Below, piece after piece: positions 13,418-25,899 of a stretch of 64,000 bases of DNA; the first letter of the stretch is position 1, and each line of letters opens with the position of its first letter. The notes under the pieces are model-generated. The model was not told the DNA's origin, ran no database searches, and saw only the letters and a list, made by a program, of their open reading frames with translations. The stretch is from Mobula hypostoma (Eukaryota), in assembly GCF_963921235.1 (NCBI RefSeq), contig NC_086118.1, positions 15,564,001 through 15,628,000 of the forward strand, in the 5' to 3' direction. Both the position numbers and the translations under genes were made by a program.

Positions 13418-14070
13418 AGACACAAAATGCTAAAGAAACTCAGCAGGCCAGGCAGCATCTATGGAAATGGGTACAGTCGACCTTACGGGGCGAGACCCTT
13501 TGGCAGGTCTGGAGAAAAAAAGATGAGGAGTAGATTTCAATGGTGGGGGTGGGGAGAGGGAAACACAAAGTGATAGGTGAAACTGGGAGGGGAGGGGCGG
13601 GGCTGAAGTAAATTGCTGGGAAGTTGATTGGTGAAAGAGATACAGGGCTGGTGAAGGGGGATTCTGATAGTGAGGATAGAAGGCCATGGAAGAAAGAAAA
13701 TGGGGAGGGAGCACCAGAGGGAGGAGATGGGCAGGCAAGGAGATATGATGAGAGAGGAAAAAGGAGATGGGGACTGCTGAAGGAAAGGGCGGGGGGCCAT
13801 TACCGGATGTTTGAGAAATCGATGTTCATGCCATCAGGTTGAAGGATACCTAAACAGAATATAAGGTGTTGTTTCTCCAGTCTGAGTGTGGCCTCATCAC
13901 AACAGTACAGGAAGCCATTGATTGACATATTAGAAAGGGATTAGGAAGTGGAATTAAATTGGTTGGTCACTGGGAGATCCTGCTCTTCTGGCAGATGGAG
14001 CATAGGTGCTTGGTGAAATGGACTCCCAATCTATACTGGGTCTCACAGATATACAGGAGACCACATCGGG
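13418..14070 (-). mobile_element. Penelope-like element 3' part and terminal repeat
   Basis: Reverse complement of the PLE tails at ~10.2-11.0 kb and ~15.7-16.25 kb. Confidence 0.75.
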
Positions 14071-14625
14071 AGGCACCAAGCTCATGTTATAGCATGTCTT
14101 CAAGATTCATGGTTCCCCCCACGACATCATCTCTGATCATGTCCCCAGTTTGCCTCTAGGTTTTGGAAGGCCTTTTGTGAGCTCATTAGGCCTCTGCCAG
14201 TCTTTCTGTTGGGTTCCATCCATAGACCAATGGACAAACAGAGGGTCAACCAGGACCTCGAGAGAACACTCAGATGTCGAGCCTCGATGAACCATATGAC
14301 CTGGAGTGACAACCTGATCTGGGTTGAGCTTGTGCACTACACACTTCAACATTCATCTATCAGGATATCCCCTTTCAAATGCCAATATGGGTACCGTCCT
14401 CCATTGTACCTGGAAAAAGCAGCAGAAGTGGGGGTTCCTGGTCCAGAGGTGTCGCCAGAAATGGATTAAGATGAGAGAGACATCGGTGGACAATTCACTT
14501 TAACAACAAGACTAAGCGAATGACTGGAGAAGAGAGGAACCAACATTTTTTCCCAGTCAGCAGGTCTGGCACTCAACTAGAGATCTTCCCAAGTAGTTGA
14601 ATCCATAAAATTGGCCCCTTGTTGA

Positions 14626-14760
14626 CATAGAATTATAGAAAACCTACAGCACAAAACAGGCCCTTCGACCCACAATGCTGTGACGAACATGTACTTACTA
14701 TAGAAATTACCTAGGGTTATCCATAGCCCTCTATTTTTCTAATTTTTGTAAGTTCCATGT
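14626..14760 (-). mobile_element. Short CR1 3' tail inserted in the Gypsy remnant
   Basis: CATAGAATTATAGAAAACCTACAGCACAAAACAGGCCC... is near-identical to 4394-4510 and the reverse complement of 21180-21297. Confidence 0.75.
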
Positions 14761-14980
14761 TACATTGGTCCTGCAATGCATCAACCCAGTTACCTATCCT
14801 TTCCAGCTACCGAGCACCCTGCTGATAACCGCACATTCCACATGTCCCACCTGAGCCCTTGAGTGCCAGCCCCTTGTCTCCAGTTCCTAAACCTCCTCAG
14901 CCTCTGAGAATTGGTGAGGGACAACCTACCTACACAATCCAGTGACTTTTGGACACCTGCATTATTCAAAGTAAAAGACA

Positions 14981-15100
14981 GTACCTTGTGGATTGGAAGG
15001 GATATGGTCTGGAAGAAAGCGGTACCTTGTGGATTGGAAGGAATATGGTCTGGAAGAAAGCGGTACCTTGTGGATTGGAAGGGATATGGTCTGGAAGAAA
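14981..15100 (+). repeat. 41-bp tandem repeat, ~2.9 copies
   Basis: Unit GTACCTTGTGGATTGGAAGGGATATGGTCTGGAAGAAAGCG starting at 14981, 15022 and 15063. No spacers. Confidence 0.95.
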
Positions 15101-15394
15101 CCATGATTCCTTCACAGGACATCTTGGACCCTATACTGATAGGGGACTTTCATGAGCACCACCCTGATCGCCCTGGGACATCAGAAGCCAGCCGTAGGAG
15201 AGATGGTTCTATCATGGTCACAAATGAACAGCAGCAGGCATCCAAATTTCAGCTCTCCCATTTCCCAGAGTATGGTCAGCTGCAGCTGTCGTTTCAAGAC
15301 TCAGACCTCCAATTATTGCCTGCCACATTCCTTCATGGAAACTCTATACTTAATGGCCTTGTGCTGAATGCTCAGTGCTCAATGATAAGAATTC

Positions 15395-16292
15395 CATTTG
15401 CAGTACTAAGCCATCTCCAACGGGATCCCATCACCAAGCACATCTTTCCCTCCCCCACTTACTGATCTCTGCAAGAGTCGCTCCCTACGTGACTCCCTTG
15501 TCCATTCGTCGCTCTCCACTGATCTTCCTTCTGGCACTTTTTCTTGCAAGCAGAACAACTGCTACGCCTGCCCTAGACCTCCTCCTTCACTACCATTCAA
15601 GGCCGCAAACAGTCCTTCCAGGTGAGGTGACACTTCAGCTGTGAGTCTGTTAGGATCATGCACTGTGTCTGGTGTTCCCAGTGTGGCCTCCTGTGTGCCT
15701 GTGAGACCGGATATCGCTTCGCTGAGCACTTACAATCCGTCCACCAGAAAAAGTGGGATCTCCCAGTGGCCACCCATTTTAATTCCACTTCCCATTCCCA
15801 TTCTGAAACGTCTGTCCATAGCCTCCTTCACTGTTGTGATTAGGCCCAATTCAGGTTGGAGAAACGACACTGTAATCCATCTGGGTAGCCTCCAAACTCA
15901 TGGCATGAACAAAGATTTCTTGAACTTCTGGTAATGCCCACCACCTCTTTCACCATTCCCCATCTCCTTATCCCTCTCTCACCTTATCTTCATGTCCACC
16001 CATTGCCTCCCTTGTGCTCTTCCCCCCACTTTTCTTTCTTCCTATGGCCTTCAATCCTCTTCTATCAGACTCCCCCTTCTCCAGCTGTGTATCTCTTTCA
16101 CCAATCAACTTCCTAGCTCTTTACTTCATCCCTCCTCCTTCAGGTCTCACCTATCACTTTGTGTTTCTCTCTCCCCTCCCCTCTACATTGAATGTACTCT
16201 TTTCCATAGATGCTGTCTGGTCTGCTGAGTTCCTCTAGCATTTTGCGTGTGTGGCTTGGATTTCGAGCATCTGCAGGTTTTCTCTTGCTTGT
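15395..16292 (+). mobile_element. Penelope-like element 3' part (GIY-YIG remnant + terminal repeat)
   Basis: IQGRKQSFQVR...HCVWCSQCGLLCACETGYRFAEHL...DLPVATHFNS. Tail GATGCTGTCTGGTCTGCTGAGTTCCTCTAGCATTTTG. Confidence 0.8.
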
Positions 16293-16434
16293 GATTCTAG
16301 TATTACTGTTTGTGCTTTTGCCTTTGGACTTAATTTGCATTGTCTTGTTATATCAAGTCTAACTCTGAGTCTATTCTATACCTTACTCTGGACTTGGGTG
16401 CACCACCATCCATAGCTCTCTTGTTACAGCACAT

Positions 16435-18170
16435 ACTTATAGAACAGAGATGAGGAGGAATTTCTTTAACCAGAGTCAAGCATGGTGAATTTGTGGAGTT
16501 CAATGCCACGGACGGGTGTGGAGGCCAAGACATTGGGTAGTTTTAAAGTAGAGGTTGACATGTTCTTGATTAGTAATGATGTCAGAGGTTATGGGGAGAA
16601 GGCAGGAGAATGGAGTTGAGAGGGATAATAAATCAGCCATGATTGAATGGTGGAGTAGACTCGACAAACTGAATGGCCAAACTCTATACATATGTCTTGT
16701 GGTCTATGTGGACTTCAGCAATTATAGGGAGGTGTTGGGAGACAAGGGTTTTATATCTTGGAATGTAGATTAACGGTAACAATATAGAAGTGTAAAACAT
16801 TATGAGCAACAGAGGCAGGGTGAAAAAACATAAATCTTTTCCCAGTGAAAGGGAACAAAAATATTAGAGGGCACACTGCAGGTTTATGGTAAGGGGGAAA
16901 AATTTAAAAGGGAACTGAGGAAAAACTTGTTCACACAGAGAATGCTGCATATGTGGAACAGGCTGCTGCAGAAAGTAGTTAAGATCAATACCTAAAAGAG
17001 ATTTGGATAGGAAAGGTTTACAGAAATATGGGACCAAACACAGGCAAAAGAGACTAATTTAGGTGGAAACTTTGGTCGGCTTGGACAAATTGGGCTGAAT
17101 GTCTGTTTTAATATGAACCTATGACAATGTTGTTCACATAGTTAGTAAGTTTGTCTCTGATAGCAAAATTGCTGATGTAATCAACGGAAAGAAGGTTATC
17201 TGAGATCACAACAGGATCTAGTGGGCCAAGGAATGGCAAATATAATTTAACTCGGGCACGTGAGAGACGTAGCATTTTGGTAAGATAAACAGTGGCAGGA
17301 CTTACACAGTAAATAACAAGCCTCTGGATAGTATTTGAGGGCATTTGGCACAATTGCCTTCATCAGTCATTGAGCACAGGCATTGGGATATCATGTTACT
17401 ACTGTATAAGTCAGCAGTGAGACCACACTTGCAGGTTTGTGTAGAGCTATCCAGCAATATGACAGACATCATTAAGCTGGTAAGGGTGCAGAAATGATTT
17501 GTGAGGATGAGACTTGGACTGGAGGGCTTGAGATGGAATGAAAAGGTGGCTGGGCTTGGACAAATTTCCCCTGGAGAATAGGAGGGTTAGGGCTGACATA
17601 AAGTTATATAAAATCATGTAATGCATAGGTTAAGTAAATGCTCACAGTCTTTATTCCAGGGAAGTGGAGTCTAAACCAGAGGAGATGCAAGACAGACTGC
17701 AGATGTTGGAAATGACAAAATGGTGAAGGAACTCAACAGATAAGACAGCACTGAAAGAAAAAAATGAACTGTCAACTTTTCAGGCTGAGACTCTTCATCA
17801 GGAAAGAGGCTGAGGCGGAACCTTACTGAGAAACATAGACTGAAGTGATAGTAGGAAACCTTTCTGCATAATAAAAGAGTGAAATTCCAGAGGGCAGAGG
17901 TTTAGAGTGAGGGGTAAGAGCTTAAGAGGGAAACGAGAATTTAAAAGAATTTTTCACCCAAAGGTGGTTGGAATCTGGAATGTACCGTTTGAGAGGATGG
18001 TGGAAACACACACCTTCACAACATTTAAGAAGCAGTTAGATAAGCACTGGAATTTACAGTGCATATTATGCTACAGATCAAGTGCTGGTGAATGGAATTA
18101 CTAAATGTATTCTTGATGATTGGCATGGACAAGATGGGCTGAAGGACTTTTTTCTATGACTGTATGTCTG
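16435..18170 (+). mobile_element. Cluster of decayed CR1 3' fragments with an embedded PLE terminal repeat (~17690-17805)
   Basis: Repeated CR1 C-terminal and 3' UTR motifs (GAGATGAGGAGGAATTTC, RIFHPKVVGIWN). Confidence 0.65.
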
Positions 18171-18554
18171 AGGTATTTTTAAATGTTACTGTTGATCTCC
18201 CGACATTTACTTAGGTATGTGTTGTCCATAAAATACTGGACAAACCCTAACCTGCTAATTACTGTACCATCTGTTCACACTCAGCCATCACTTCACTGAA
18301 GAAGGTTGTCAGCAGTGCTATCACCACTGGGCAAACAGAAAATTTCAACCTCCATACCAGAACCAACGACAGCCCTGCTTTTATCCTCAAACATCAGTTT
18401 GTACAAGTCCACTTGCATGCGCATGTTCATTGACCAATCTCCCAGTCATCATTTATTTGTTCCTTGAAGAATATGAAAGAATGGGTCTGACACTTAACAT
18501 CTGTTATCATTTCAGAGGATCTCCCCTGGGCCTAGCACGTCTGTGCAATTACAA

Positions 18555-18900
18555 AGAAAGCATGGCAGCACCTCTACTTCTCTAAGAGTTGGTGAACATT
18601 CAGCATGACAACTAAAACTTTGACCAGCTTTCAGCACTTCTACATGGAGCACTATTGCAAGAAAGCAGTACCCATCTTCAAGGACCCCTTCCATCCAGGC
18701 CATGCTCTCTTCGCACTGTTACAGTCAGGAAGAAAATACAGGAGCCTCAGGACTCACAATACCAGGTTCTGATCAGGCTCTTGAAACAGAGAGGATAATT
18801 TCATTCAACTCCACTCACCCCATCAGAGCTGTTACCACAATCTATAGATTCAGTTTCAAGGAGTCTTCATCTCATGTTTTCGATAGTTATTGCTTATATA
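18555..18900 (+). mobile_element. Decayed Rex1/Babar LINE fragment
   Basis: GCAGCACCTCTACTT... and HALFALLQSGRKYRSLRT-like sequence matching the C-terminus of 1825-2217. Confidence 0.55.
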
Positions 18901-20315
18901 TTATATTTAAAATTTTTTCACAGGTTAAGCTGGTAAATCCTGAAGTACAGGCATAAACAAACACAATCACTTCTCATTTGCTAGGAACATTCGGACTATT
19001 CAAGTGGTGTTTAACATTGTGGCTTTCTTGAGCTTTACATAAATATTGCTGTGTAGGCATAATTGTTTAATGCTATTTTATAGTGACTTTGGGATGATAG
19101 CAGCTGTAGATATTACTGTCGGAACAATGTATATCCTGTTCATGTTCCATAATCTTTCAATTTCTTCTTTTAATTCAGCATATCTCTGGTGTTTTTCAGT
19201 TATTGATTTCTGTATGTCTCTGTATGTTCCAAATGGCAGTATCTACTGAGTAAGTTGTTCTTGCTTGTTTATCCCATAATATTATATCTGGACAGTTATT
19301 ATGGATTGACCTATCTACAGTATGATAATGAATCGTTTGTAATATAATTTGTAGGACTCCAACTCTAAAACTGAATCAGGCTTCTATTTATAGTAAGATA
19401 TGGTGTCTTTTACAGGTTTGTATTTTCAAGCAAGATTTTGGTGAATGATGTTTTCCACTGGAATGTACCTATGCTAAGTAATAAGATTGAGTCAAGTTAC
19501 TGCAGGATCCTGTAGTGTGTTGGATCATTTTTTATCTCCCTTTGCATTTTCTGTATTTATCGTCTTGAATTCATTGGTCTTTAATTATGTATGTTTGATT
19601 TTTTTTTTGTGTTAACCACCTGGTTCTGTATTGCCACGAGGAATACAGAGGACTTCATCACTGAGCCATGTGTTCAGTGCTTCCTTGTTGATATCTAGTC
19701 TGCTCAGATCATGGGGATGTCTTCCATAGATGAAAATAATTCTTCTATACTGATAATTCCTTCATTTTTCTGAGCTTAGCAGTGTGAACTTCTTTATTTA
19801 TATTATTCTTATTTTCTTTATTTATTTTCTCTTTCGTATTTGCACATTGTTGTCCTTTGCACATTGGTTGTTTGTCCATCCTGTTGGGTGTGGTCTTTCA
19901 TTGACCCCATTGTGTTTCTTGGTATTTACTGTGCATGTCCACAAATACACAAATCTCAGGGTTGTAGATGGTGACATATATGTACTTTTACAATCATTTT
20001 ACTTTGAACTTTTGAATATTCTACACTCAGGTTCTTCACCAGCTTGCCCTTGCTGTATATAGTGCAGTGCCCTCTAAATAACTTCACTAGAATTTGAGCA
20101 TGGAAAATGGGGACCACTTCTCCAATCTTGGAAGCCACTGCTTAAATTAAGGAATAAGTGATGAAATTCACCACTGCCAGGACAGTCTTTGGCTGTTTAA
20201 AGAGCCTTTATCTCAAACTTAGCAGAAATCTCGAGGTCCACGCGGCAACAGTGATCCTTGCCTTTCTGCATGCTTCTGATACATGGAATATATACAACAG
20301 TCATCTAAAAGCACA

Positions 20316-21297
20316 GAAGCAGCTTGACTCTGTGGTTAAGAAAGCATACGGTGCATTTGTCTTCATCAACTGTGGGATTGAGTTGAGGAGCCGTGAGGTA
20401 ATGCTACAGCTATATAGGAACTTGGTCAGACCCCACTTGGAAAACTGTGCTCAGTACTGGTCACCTCACTACAGGAAGGATGTGGAAACTATAGAAAGGA
20501 TGCAGAGGAGATTTACAAGGATGTTGCCTGGATCAGGGAGCATGCCTTATGAGAATAGCTTGAGTGAACTCGGCCTTTTCTCCTTGGAGCAGCGGAGGCT
20601 GAGAGGTGACCTGATAGAGATGTACAAGATGATGAGACGCATTGATTCTGTGGATAGTCAGAGGCTGTTCCCTAGGGCTGAAATGGGTAGCACAAGAGGG
20701 CACAGTTTTAAGGTGCTTGGAAGTAGGTACAGAGATGTCGGGGTAAGTTTTTTATGCAGAGAGTGGAGAGTGCATGGAATGGGCTGCCATGAGACTGGAG
20801 GGTGGTGGAGGCGGATACGATAGGCTCTTTAAGAGACTCCTGGACAGGTGTGGGCACGTGGCCAAGTGGTTAAGGCATTGGACTAGCGACCTGAAGGTTG
20901 TGAGTTTGAGCCCCAGCTGAGGCAACGAATTGTGTCCTTGAGCAAGGCACTTTATCACACATTGTTCTGCGATCACACTGGTGCCAAGCTATATGGGTCC
21001 GAATGCCTTTCCTTTGGACAACATTGGTGTCGTGAAGAGGGGAGATTTGTCGCATGGGCAACTGCTGGTCTTCCATACAATCTTGCCTAGGCCTGCGCCT
21101 TGGAAAATGAAGGCTTTCCAGGCACAGATCCATGGTCTCGCAAGACTAACGGATACCTTAAATGGACAGGTACAGAGAGCTTAGAAAAACAGAGGGCTAT
21201 GGGTAACCGTAGGTAATTTCTTAAGTAAGTACATGTTCAGCACAGCATTGTGGGCCGAAGGGCCTGTACTGTGCTGTAGGTTTTCTATGTTTCTATG
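20316..21297 (+). mobile_element. CR1 3' fragment, relatively young
   Basis: VVKKAYG...LYRNLVRPHLENCAQYWSPHYRKD...LFSLEQRRLRGDLIE. Tail TTCTATGTTTCTATG. Confidence 0.85.
20850..21162 (+). mobile_element. tRNA-derived SINE with CORE-like central segment
   Basis: A-box TGGCCAAGTGG (20859-20869) and B-box-like GTTTGAGCCC (~20904). Central TGTGTCCTTGAGCAAGGCACTT. 9-bp TSD TGGACAGGT at 20841-20849 and 21163-21171. Confidence 0.9.
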
Positions 21298-21863
21298 AGA
21301 AATATCAATACCATCTCCACAAGATCTTCCAAATTTATTTGTGAGACAAATAAATTACTTACTTAGGATAACTAACATGTCAGAATCCTGTTATACTTCA
21401 ACATCTCCTTCAACATATACAGAACAGGTGTTCACATTTCTGACATCAGACTCTGAAACAGTTAGTTTCCTCCAGGATTTATCACAGTTTGGCAGGTGGC
21501 ACAGGAATCAATTCAAGGATTGTTTTTAAAGCCTCTTTGGAAAAAAATGTATCTCTTGAAAGGAAAAAGAAAGAATTGAAAGACATTAATCTGGAGTAAA
21601 TAGGAGCTCACAAACTGTGGAGAGAGTGTACCACCACCCAAAATACCCATTCAACCACCCTGTCAAGCAGCTTCTACTTCTGTGGCAGTGTCTGCAGTTC
21701 CAATGTCAGGCCTATCAGCTACTTCATATCTCATAGAACTAGATCAAACAAGTCACTCTGGACAGTAAGGCAGAGTAAAATTCAGACCTTAATACAGCCA
21801 TAGTCCAATCACAGTTAATGGTGCCGAACAGTGAGAGCATCTGCCCTTAACAACATTTCAGTA

Positions 21864-22989
21864 CAGGTTTCCCCCGCCATCCGAAGGTAGAGCGTTCCTA
21901 TGAAACGGTTCGTAAGCCGGAATGTTGTAAACGGAAGAAGCAATTACCATTTATTTATATGGGAAAATTTTGTGAGCGTTCGCAGACCCAAAAATAACCT
22001 ACCAAATCATGCTAAATAACACATAAAACCTAAAATAACAGTAACATATAGTAAAAGCAGGAATGGTATGATAAAGACACAGCTTATATAAAGTAGAAAT
22101 ACTTTTCCACAATCATTGCCTGAACTGCTCTCCATAGTGAAAATCTCACGCAAGCACCGTCGGCAAAAACACGGCGCAAGCACTCTCCAGTAACCTTTAA
22201 GCTATGAAGCTGCCAAATCACCCTGAATAACACGTAAAAATACATAACTGATATAAAGTAGAAATAATGCATGTACAGTGTAGTATCACTTACCGGAATT
22301 GGGAAAGTGCGGAGCACACTGATGATGGCAGTTCATCTTCTATGACTGCCCGCCTCGATCTCGAAGGTTGAGGTTCGTAGTCTGCTGTGGCTGACGTGGA
22401 AGGCTTGCTTGACTGCCGAGCCTCGTGCATTTTTAGATCATACAGTTCTTTGTAAGCACTCAAACCATGCTGCAAATATCCCCTAAACCGACGTACCCTT
22501 ACAAAATTAAAGTCATACTCTATCATTACTCATTCGGTTTCAATTGTTATCCTTTCCTCTTCCAATTGCATCAGCCCTTCATCTATCAGTTCTTGGTCAT
22601 GGGATGCCAAAACATCAACATCATCTTCGTCAGCTTCCACAAGCCAAACTCACGTTGCCCTTACTTCATTCACCACGATCAAAACGCTTAATTATGTCTA
22701 GTTTTACGTTAAGTGTAACACCCTTACAGCTCTTTCAGGCTTTTCCAATATCATAGAACTCATCTTGCAAACAGCTGCTCACAGACACGTGTTTAAGCAA
22801 TGCCGGTGAGAATGCAGTTCCGAATCCAGGGGAGAGTGGCTGCTTGGGGCGCGCGCTGATTTTTATCGCGCGCTGCCTTTCTTCGTAACAGTGAAGACAC
22901 CTTCTGTTAGCGAAAACAGGGAACTAATGTAGGTCTTTTGTAACAGTGAGGTTTCGTAAAGCAAACATTCGTAAAGCAGGGGACACCTA
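21864..22989 (-). mobile_element. Tigger/pogo-type DNA transposon, internally deleted
   Basis: Terminal inverted repeats TA-CAGGTTTCCCCCGC / GCAGGGGACACCT. Minus-strand remnant KGVTLNVKLDIIKRFDRGE (CENP-B-type helix-turn-helix start) and C-terminal YKELYDLKM-like piece. Confidence 0.8.
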
Positions 22990-24261
22990 CTTACCTAAGC
23001 CCACCCTTAAGAATTCTTGGTAAACCTGAAATTATTGAAAATCAAGAACAAAATTCCTTTCTGGCTGCAGTCATACCTTAAATAACTATGATTTGTTGTT
23101 GGAGGCCAGTCATTACGACTCGAGGATACTGCTGCCAGATCCTTACAAAATGAAACAATCCTTGCCAGCACCCAGCGAGACCTGGGAAACATAGATATGA
23201 ACTGTTGAGTGAGAAGTGGCAGTGAGAAGTAGCAATTGTGCTATCTAAGTTCCAGACAGAGGTAATTTCTAACAACCTTCCCTTGACATTCAGTAGCATT
23301 ACCATCGATAAGACTCCAGTATGATACCCTGAGTCAGCACTGATAAAATTCATAAATATTATGGCAGTAAGAACAGATCAGAGACTGCAGGGAGAGACTC
23401 ATCCCTCACTCTCCAGTTCCAAACCATCTGCAAGACACAGTTAGCCATGTATCAATATTCAAGCTTATCATCAGTTCACTGCACTTCATTAGTAGCAAAT
23501 GCTTCCCCCACACCCCATGCATTCACTCCCTCAATCTTCTATGCAACTTGGCTACAGTGTTCCATCAATAATTGGCTGAAGCTTGCGGTTTGTTTCAATT
23601 CAATTTTATCAACTCTTCATTGTAGTTTTTTTCAATGAGCTCACTATGATGTGCGGTTCTGTCAGCCAGTAACAATAAGAAGTGCTACAGAAAACAAAGT
23701 AAATAAAATTTATTCCTTTTACTGATCTATTTGAAAAATCATTGGTCAGCAGTGCAAGTTCAAATATCAGATATGTGAGTTTTTAATTCAATCTCAAATC
23801 ATTTACTAAGCCAAAATAGAAAGAAAAAGAATGACACTTAAGACACAGAAGTATTAATTGTGTATGTTTTTAAATTTCCAGTGAGATACACAGTCTGAAT
23901 GAATTGGTCTCTACACATGCAAAAAAAAACTTCTAGTGCCAGAAATGCTGCTGAACAGTGATTAGGACATATTATGCCATAGAAGTATTTCTGGCAGCTT
24001 TAACTGAAGCTAAGTTCAGCAGCTTCATGCTGCTCCATGTAACTCAATGCCAAATCTCTGAGATACCATTATAAATCAAGCAAGTCAATTCTGCATTTAT
24101 GTGAGTGTGAACAACCACTGGATAATGTCCAATTTACACACTAATGTCTTAGATGTTTCATCCACAATTATCTAATTTAGATAATTAGAATAAAATATTC
24201 AGAAGAATTAGTTCAAAACTCACCGTGGCAGTGAGGGATTTTAAATTCAGGTTATTTCCAC

Positions 24262-25023
24262 TAAGATGGCAGCGTGCTTAGACATAGCAGCTTCTATGGA
24301 GCCAACCTAAGATGTAATTGTCTTTCTTATTTAGTTTTTTTAATATCACAAGATACTGCTGGGCATTAAGAATGTAAAGTACTGCTGGTCTACCCCATCA
24401 GTGAGTTGCTCATTGGCAGAGAAGCTGAAGGAGTTAGACGATGCAGATCATGCTGTTGCCTGCATCAAAGGAGTTGGTGCGCAAAGACTTTCTGCGTGAT
24501 TGTCTTAAGTCATTTCTCTTGCGATTGCAAGACCCTGTTGAAATGCTGCAAGTCTGATTCCCTGATTCATTGGCAGGCAGTAGGGGCAGACAGCAGGGAG
24601 CTGAGTGGTGTCTGTTGTGATGAGGACTAGGCCTCAAGACGCGGTGTCGCTACTTACAGACATCCAGGAGAGAGGCACTGCAGTTGGTGCACTCCACTGG
24701 AGCGTTAGGGGTGGTGTGGTGCAGTGTCCAAGCTGGAGTCAGTGCTGCCCCCAGTGTTCACTCAGCAGAAGACAAGCTGTATTATATTCTGCTGCAGACT
24801 GTTGCAACATTTGTGGACTCAGGGTCTTGGACTTTTTTTGTGTGACTGTATTTTATTGATATCTTACATTTGCTTGCAATCTTATTTGTGCTAAATGTGC
24901 CTTGTGCTGTGTATGACCGTTGGTACTGTTTTGCATCTTGGTCCTGGAGTAACACTGTTTCGTTTGGCTGTATTCATGGGTATTCATGTGTGGTTAAATG
25001 AAAATTAAACTTGGAACTTGAAA
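24262..25023 (+). mobile_element. Unclassified non-autonomous retroposon-like repeat
   Basis: Starts AAGATGGCAG, is GC-richer than its flanks, and ends in a TG-rich UTR with (AACTTG)n-like tail. No convincing coding motifs. Confidence 0.4.
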
Positions 25024-25899
25024 TTAAATAACCTCAAAGTTTAAGTTATAAATTCTTTCAGCTTCACTATTGGCATTTAGGGAGAGAAATCTGCTTTGCT
25101 TTGACATAGCTATGGATTAGGTTCTAATCTAAACCAGGATAATAAGGACTCTAAAAAGAGATTTAAATGATGTTGGGAATCACTGGAGGTAGGGTGTGGT
25201 GTACAGATCAGTGTTGTTATGTATTAAAATAAAACAAGCCAAAAATAGCAATTATGGTTGACGGCAAATAGATCATGACTTGTAGGGAAGTGATTTATCA
25301 GTCATTGGCATTAATTAGAATTGCTTTAAACCCAAATCCAAAAAACGGTCAGAACAAAACACACACACAGTGATACAAAAGAGTCTAAACGGGTTTCCTC
25401 TAAAATCCATTTGCAGTTGTGGATACAAGAAGTTCAAAATTAGGACTAAATATTTCAGGGTAATTTACATTTAAAAGGCAGATGTAAAAAGTTAATGATG
25501 TTTGGGTGTAGTATGGGGATGGTTAGGTAATGGAGGGGACAGTGCTGGTGTCATCTGGAAGCTCTAGCTGTCCTGAAGCAGATTCACGACCAAGAATGTG
25601 GATAAGTCCTTTCCACTTACAGATGGTGCTTGACCAGCTGAGATCCTCCAGCAGTTTGTTTCTTGCCAGTATTAATTTTGAGGACAGGGTAATGTAATCA
25701 ATCGCCCTGGAAATTGATTCACACTTGAAAATCAATGTGCCCTGAACATAAAGGCTATCAGTCAACACCTTGCAGTCAATTAAGTAGTGTTGTCCAAACT
25801 GCTTGGTTTGTTCGAAACTCCAGAATTATCAGCACTTGCGAAGAGACTTTCGTTTTCTCTCAAGAAACCATCAGGACTGCTTTGGCAAGAACAACCAGG

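Larger units (their letters stand above)
14075..15215 (+). mobile_element. Decayed chromodomain-bearing Gypsy (chromovirus) integrase remnant
   Basis: PQFASRFWKAF, TNGQTERVNQDLERTLRC, ISPFKCQYGYRPP (integrase). [12 protein letters not shown]...[12 protein letters not shown] (chromodomain), followed by a purine tract. Confidence 0.8.
20120..21560 (+). mobile_element. Old RTE-type LINE fragment split by a CR1 insertion
   Basis: ATVILAFLHASDTWNIYNSHLKA (to ~20315) continues as EKYQYHLHKIFQI after 21298, resembling the RTE C-terminus (LLYGSETW...HLKxLE..HQRCLRKIL). Confidence 0.5.

Noticed and set aside
14981..15100. CRISPR-like direct repeats
   Set aside because: Units are contiguous with no spacers, derive from Gypsy coding sequence, and the DNA is eukaryotic.
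20158..20823. 221-aa ORF as a host gene
   Set aside because: It is a chance read-through from an RTE remnant into a CR1 fragment.
20850..20925. tRNA gene
   Set aside because: The tRNA-like head has a degenerate B-box, continues into a SINE body and is flanked by a TSD.
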